63,190 bases of DNA, taken from Folioceros fuciformis. Lineage: Eukaryota. Under the pieces are notes generated by a model. It was not told the DNA's origin and ran no database searches. It worked only from the letters and a program-made list of their open reading frames with translations. The stretch lies in contig JBNGIO010006298.1 of assembly GCA_049999805.1 (NCBI GenBank), forward strand, positions 294,309-357,498. The letters are read 5' to 3'. How positions within the stretch are numbered: position 1 is the stretch's first letter; every line of letters starts with the position of its first letter. Below are positions 57,143 through 63,190 of the stretch, piece by piece. Both the position numbers and the translations under genes were made by a program.

Positions 57143-57925
57143 TGTTACTTTCCTCAGCCTTTGCTCAACGAGCTTTATTGCCAAAAGGCATGGGACGTAA
57201 ATAGTAGCTACAAGAAGTGCGAACCTGTAGACGGTCGCCTTCACACACAGTAGCGCCACCTTGAGCCTACGCCCCAAAGTACACACAAGGATCGCGAGGT
57301 TCTCAGCTGGAGTCACAGTCTCCACAACTCTGAACATAGTGGAGGGGAGGAAAACCGACCCCATAATGATTAACAAGTGGGAGTGATGAGAATAGGGTGT
57401 TAATACATTAGGTTTCGTTTGGTGAATGCGTTCATAGCTACTATAAGTCTACGTGCCCGTTCATTTGGGTTACGTCCTTTATGAAAGGGTGTGTCTATTC
57501 ACCCTACCTAGCTTAAGTTCAGTTATTTGTCTATGCTGTACATAATTATTGTTTAATCAATATAATAATGTAATTGTTTTATAGCAATTGGTCTACACCA
57601 ATTTCCATATTTTCTCAGTGCAAACCGTTGCATGAGTTGCTCAAGAAGGGTGTGTCATGGTGCTGGGGTTCGAGTCAAGAGCAGGCATGGCAAGAGCTGA
57701 AAGAGCAACTTTCGGAAAGACCAATGCTGAGCTGACCGGACATTGGAAAGACGTTTGTTGTGTACACAAATTGGAGTGCTGCATGATTGGGAGCAATCTT
57801 AGCACAGATTGACGCTAGTGGAAAAGAGCGAGTGGTGGCCTATGCCAACAGATCCAATAACTCAGCTGAGGCGAATTACTCTACATACGAAGGAGAGCGC
57901 CTAGCTAGAGTTTGGGGAGTCTTAC

Positions 57926-58090
57926 TGTAAAGTTACACATTAATAATATATTCCAAAAAGTGTCATGTATATACCACATATACCAAAAGTCATGTCTCTT
58001 CAACTAACCTACACTAACAACCCTAACTCTACCTGTGGATATGTTTATAAGACATAAACCCTAACAAAATAGAACGGGTTTATCCTAACA
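57926..58090. mobile_element. 165-bp solo-LTR-like insertion in the gypsy RNase H
   Basis: TGTAA...TAACA termini; perfect TSD CTTAC (57921-57925 and 58091-58095). Removal restores WGVLHFMVYLFG. Confidence 0.85.
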
Positions 58091-58141
58091 CTTACACTTC
58101 ATGGTGTATCTATTCGGTTGGAACTTTCAGCTGGTTACACA

Positions 58142-58264
58142 TCACCAACCATTGCATCGGCTAATCACCAACCATTGCATTCGGTACTCACCAACCATTG
58201 CATTGGGTACTCACCAGGCGTTGCATTGGGTACTCACCAATCGTTGCATTGGCTACTCACCAAC
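58142..58264. repeat. 23-bp minisatellite, about 5.3 copies, inside the gypsy RNase H
   Basis: tcacca at 58142, 58165, 58188, 58211, 58234 and 58257. Confidence 0.9.
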
Positions 58265-59578
58265 ATGAAGCTCAATGAAAAGCTTACCCGGTAGGCACTT
58301 CTACTCTCAGAATACGACGTTGAGATTATACACGATGCAAGGAGGACGATCTAGCCCTAGTGATCACTATTGCACGAGAGCATGGTCAACTCGTAGAGTC
58401 TGGGAGAGACATATGGAAATGCAGCCAATGCATACAATTACTAAAAGATGGTCACATTGGTGGTGTCAATGAAAGCACCAAGAAGAAGTTGAGGAAGTGT
58501 ATCAATCGATATTCTTGGAAGGATGGCAAGATATTTGTCACAGACTAAGGCATCACAAAAGAGGTGTTTTCAATGATGAGCAGAGAAGGAGTTGTAACAG
58601 AGGTACGCAACAGACTGGGTCACTTTGGAGTCAAAAAGACTCATCACATAGTCAAAGCCGTATTTTCGTGGAGAGGCATGCACAGCGGCGTTGAACAAGT
58701 TGTAGCCAAGTGTGCTGCTTGTGATGCAGTGAAAGCGAGATTCGGAGGGCAAGATCATGTGTTGCATTCACTTCCTATATGTGGATTGTTCTGTAGGTGG
58801 TCTGTTGACCTCATGCCTAAGCTCTTGATGACCGCTCAAGGCAACAAACATTGCATGTTGATAATTGAGCATTTCTCATTATACATCCAGGGCGTTCTTA
58901 CAACGCGTTCTCAGGCGATTTGGAAGTTGTGTGGAAGTACTGATGGATTAATGGAATGAATTTTGAGGAGAATTCCAAGTGTTGCTTGATCAGAGTCTCA
59001 TTGACCATCGTCGCTCCTTGCCAGATCATCCACAGGTAGATAGGTTAGTGGAAAGGTTAGTCCAGACTTTTAAAAATGCATTAATGAAATATTGTAGGGA
59101 GGTGGAACCCAAGTGTTGGGACGAATTGCTGCCATATGTGGTCTTGGGCTACGGAGTGAGTGTTCAGGTAGCATTGGGCAAGTTCAGCTCATATTTCATC
59201 ATGTTCAGGCGGAATGCAGTCGTGCTAAACATCGTGGCTGACTCGTACTCCAAACCAATGAATTGGGCTGGAAACTCTCAGAATTGAGACCAGTTGAGAT
59301 ACACTTTCACTAGGGGTGGATCATGGAAGCCCAAACCTTGGAAATTTGAAGTGGGTGACTTTGTGTATCTACAGCATAGGCCCACCAACACTCTTGATGT
59401 GAGCACTAGTCATTTGATTTTACGAGTTGTGAATGTGGGGGAAATGGGTGTAATCAAATTGGAAGGGCGGGACACATGAAGGTGTAGGGAGCATCTCAAA
59501 CACTTGGCTCCTTGCCATTTGCCCAATCTAGATACCAAGTTGCAATTGCAAGCTTGGAAACCTCCGATAGATTTTCAT

Positions 59579-59713
59579 TGTGAACAGTGTGGACAAACAA
59601 CCAATGAAGAGTTGATGCCATTGTGTGACGGATGCAATTGAGGGTATCACATATTTTGTGTTAAGCCACCGTTGCTGGCAATGCCGGAGGGAGAGGGGTT
59701 TTGTTCAGAATGC
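59579..59713 (+). pseudogene. PHD finger (C4HC3) at the C-terminus of the gypsy integrase
   Basis: CEQC-x11-CDGC-N*GY-H-IF-C-VKPPLLAMPEGEGF-CSEC; all eight Zn ligands present, one TGA. Confidence 0.9.
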
Positions 59714-60409
59714 AAGCAGTTGGCACATAAGTCAAAATCGAAGAGTGTAGCACGAGGTCAAGGAAACAGGATGCAAAGGGAACATGCTGGGAGCAGGAAT
59801 GAGAATCTAGAGCTATTGGACATATATCATTGAAATGTGTCCGGGCTCTTGGTGTTTGTGGCTATGAGCTAATTCGGGCATGCGAAGTAGGATTAGGTAG
59901 GAAGTTGGCCTAAAAATGATAAGTGAATGACAACATGAAAGCAATGGATAAGGGGCAAAATAGTGAGCATAGCATTTCATTTTCACTTTGGCGGCTGATG
60001 TGCTAGATGGCGGTAACGCTTAAAGGTTCAAACAAATAGCAGGGTGGATATTTGCTGTGGGCGCTTAGGGAAGGCAAATCGTGGACCTCTAAGGATAACA
60101 GAAGATCAACTGCACGGAGGCCGAATCAATCTACAAAAAGTGTGAGGGTGGCGGGCAAGTGGTACAGTAGTGTTGAGTTGCACAAAGGGAGAAATGGAGG
60201 CTTTACACGGGAAAGACAAGATGCCTGCTCTTGAGGTGGAAGACGTTGAGGTGCTGCTGAACAGCAATGGACACAAGAGGATGTGTTCGAGTTGTGAGTA
60301 GAGCAATCCTCCCCAACGACCTTGTCCAGGAACCCCAATTTGTGGACAACAAAGTGGCGGAGAAGTGGACGCAGTAGTTTGTGAGAAGATACTAGCTAGA
60401 AAAACCCAT

Positions 60410-61251
60410 GATGCCAACCATGTATGCGGAACTCAGTAAATTTCTATTGTTTGTAGAAGGAGATCACCTCGCATGTCCCATTGAGTATTACCCCATTGAT
60501 CACCGTGACCTGTTTGAGCTCCAGCAGAAAGGATATAAGAATTTGCCCTAGGTATGGACTACTTACTATGAAGGTGCCTATAGGAAATTGAACACCATAT
60601 GTTCCTTCACCACTTTTTTTTTTTCGCGAAGAAAAGGATTTTGATTAATAGTTTCATCCTCTTACAATACTAAGGGGACCCCTGCCTACGTATTTACATA
60701 GCATGAGTACCATGATCGGGAGAGAAAAAATCGACCTCGTGTCCAACCCTCTGGACAGGACTCGGAAAATGCTCCCCATCACCTTGATATTCCTTCACCA
60801 CTTGTTTGATCACTTGCCATTAGATGCGTTTAAGACATATGGCCCCGCTGAATTTTCCAGGAATATGAGAAGTCTCAAACGCTGGTTTGTGCACTTTCAT
60901 GCACACCGCGCAAATAGGCATGTGCTGGGATGGCCTCGTCAATTCTATGCTCCTACTAATTTTGTTAGGATGGGCAACCTGCTATGGATGGAGAAGACCC
61001 ATGGACAGTTTCAAGGGCTATTACAGTCGTGTCAAGAGTACCTTCAGGCACGTAACTCTCATATGGTGGTGCCAAAAATCCCTCTGAAGGTAGAACCTAG
61101 CAGTGAGGGAGAGGGTGAGCAGTCTTCTCAAGCATACCGCCCAGACTCTGAATCTGAGGATGAAGAGAGTGATGCGTATGAGGAATCGGTACAGCAACAT
61201 CTACACTCAATTCTAAACAATTTTTATAAGTGGTGGCTAGGCAATTGGTGA
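60410..61251 (+). pseudogene. Decayed ORF of unknown function downstream of the gypsy pol
   Basis: The 182-aa ORF 60703-61251 extends upstream through two stops (REEKDFD**FHPL) and across a poly-T frameshift (~60614-60624) into MPTMYAELSKFLLFVEGDHLACPIEYYP...; acidic tail. Confidence 0.4.
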
Positions 61252-63190
61252 GGTGGAAGGCTTGTCACTGAAATGACTGAAGTGAGGCTCTGAAGTGTGC
61301 CACGACTTTCAGACAAGGGTGCTGATTAGTAGCTGATGTTTAGTGATTGAACTTGTGGATCCTCAAGGATGAGGAATAGGCTGTGTGTTTTTGTGAATAA
61401 GTGTCCATGACAACTCTACAGCCTCGATGGCGCGATAAGGACCCCTTGTTTCACTTTCAGCTTGTCACCTCCCTAGTGGACAAATATGGTGATAGGTGTA
61501 CACTTGAGTAGGTCCATGAAGAAGTAGAGCGTAAGGAGATTGCATTTTCTCCCTATGCTTTCTATCATTCCAAGACTTTTACTCATTATCACTTCATATT
61601 CAATAGCAAGGGAATAACTGGTGGGCTTGGGACTGGAGGCTCAGCCACGAGCAACCACGCCAAAACAACTAAGGTCAATGGTATAGTAACTTCAGAGATC
61701 ACATGCAATCAATGTGAGAGTCTCGAGGTCTTGGCATAAACGCACAAGTGTCCTTCATAAGGATTGGTGTGCGCACATTGCTACTGGGCAGGTCACCTTG
61801 AAATAGTGTGCTTTTAGAAGCATAGTGAGTGCCACAACTAACAGGTAGGGGCCTTAAATGTAGTAAGAACAAGCGCCAACATAAGTGCTTTAGAAGGTTC
61901 ATCAACAAGCCTAGCCACAGTTTCACATAGAAAAGAGCAGCACCTTAAGGTCAAGGCCAAAGGGATGGCAACGAGTGAAAAAATTGCCTCCCTTGAGTCA
62001 TCCATTGCAGCCCTCACCAAGATTTGAGCACACTTGTGGCTAGTCTCAACTCTGTTGCTTCAACTCTGCACATCGTGGAGCTTTCTTTGACTCCCACCAT
62101 ACTTGCAACAATCCCAGTATTGGAGACTAAGTAGTCCAACGGTCACCTTGCACGACAAGCCCAATTCTAAGCATGCATAATACCCATGTAGCTAGAAGAG
62201 CATGGAACAACTATAACGCAGCACATGGAGCTAAAGCATCAAGTGGTTTATCCAAGTGCAAGAGTGGTCTAGCAGCTTCATCGACAATGGTGGTAGGTTG
62301 GCCCTTTGTCATTTATTGCCATCACATATAGGAGCGATAGATAGGTATGAGAGCATAGATCCAACTAAAAATAAAGCTTTAAAGGATAGTCTTTATGAGC
62401 ATTGAATATAGGGTATGTGATCTAAGGCTGGCAAATAAGGAATAAAATCATTGTTATGTTCTACTAATTCTTGGTAATTCGGATGTTCATGCCTCTAAAT
62501 CATGGTCCTTTCTTAGTTTGGTATGCAATGTCCTATGATTTGGAATCCATCTCCACATACCTTTGTTGTGGGAATACTCTTTTAAAACTCGATGTTCCAC
62601 TCCATATGATGGTTAGTTGGGCATGGATATGTTTTGATTGTAGATTTATGCTAGAGCGATGATCTTGGCTATCACGAAGTATTGTATCACACCTAAGATT
62701 TTACTTAAACAAGACTCTTTGGTATTGGGTCAGAACATGGGGATTTACCACTGGATTAAAATGTATAATTTATGCCCAATTTGCATACAAGGTATGAAAT
62801 TCAGGTTTTGTGGTTTTGTGTAAAAAAATTGGGGTTACTAGAGAAACCTTTCTCTACTATGATCTTGTTTTCTCGTTTCTACTATGAGTGCTGAACACAA
62901 CTTCAACGGTTTGTTGATTATGACCCTTAAGAGAGCTGGATGGTTGATTACGTTACTTGAAGCACAACTTATTGCATTATTCAAGTCTTAAGAATGGAAT
63001 TCTCACCAAGACATTAATACCTTAAGCATAAGGTGCTTAAGATACTAATGTGTAAAGGATTGAAGAACTTGTATTAGGGTATATTTTTTAGGTGTGATGC
63101 CTTCCGAAGCATTCATGTTGACTGGGTTTGAAGCGTAATCAGTGTGATTCCAGGGTACAGTGCAATGATTGAGGGACTGAAAGGCAACGT

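Larger units (their letters stand above)
48919..57617 (+). mobile_element. Full-length Ty1/copia LTR retrotransposon nested at the gypsy RT/RNase H junction
   Basis: 234-bp LTRs 48919-49152 and 57384-57617 (about 4 mismatches by eye); PBS TGGTATCAGAGC 49153-49164; PPT aagtgggag; TSD gtgcc/gtgca. Removing it restores host ...DMSVVC|KPLHELLKK. Confidence 0.95.
44643..59833 (+). mobile_element. Decayed Ty3/gypsy retrotransposon: gag-PR-DNMT-RT-RNaseH-INT-PHD, interrupted by nested insertions; LTRs not identified
   Basis: Gag with knuckles (CPRCRGMHRAVDC; CGRMGHAEAAC); protease-like region ~46210-46600; RT (KRMCGDYRALN, MPFGLKN, CYINDILVF, YLGHKI, LRAFLGLVNYYRRFI); RNase H ([22 protein letters not shown]); integrase (HFGVKKT...CAAC, WSVDL, VERLVQTFKNAL). 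RT-RH-INT order is the gypsy order. Confidence 0.9.

Noticed and set aside
61480-62330. Possible minus-strand gag/protease relic
   Set aside because: There are only faint motifs (TPILMKDTCA); too decayed to support a call.

Overview
Eukaryotic, intron-containing DNA from a seed-free land plant. This is inferred from a SPEF1 flagellar gene together with land-plant-type housekeeping genes; the tight gene spacing and ~90-bp introns suggest a compact bryophyte genome such as a hornwort. The left part (~1.4-35 kb) is gene-dense: PP2A scaffold subunit A, DBP2/RH30 DEAD-box helicase, SAHH, VPS60, an M14 carboxypeptidase, transketolase, ATX1/CCH, SPEF1, a small FAM177-like gene and a GH28 polygalacturonase. 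The right part (~35.7-63 kb) is a nested repeat island. It holds a ~20-bp satellite interrupted by an internally deleted Ty1/copia element and a solo LTR, and a decayed Ty3/gypsy element. Main finding: that gypsy polyprotein carries a cytosine-5 DNA methyltransferase domain between protease and RT (not visible in the ORF track because of stop codons) and a PHD finger after the integrase. It is interrupted by a younger full-length Ty1/copia element with an extra ORF upstream of gag and a long antisense ORF after pol; this copia element itself contains a 1.3-kb solo LTR. The DBP2 gene keeps an unusually long intron at the position of the known autoregulatory intron, with a candidate poison exon. 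All gene models and translations were made by eye; no database searches were run.
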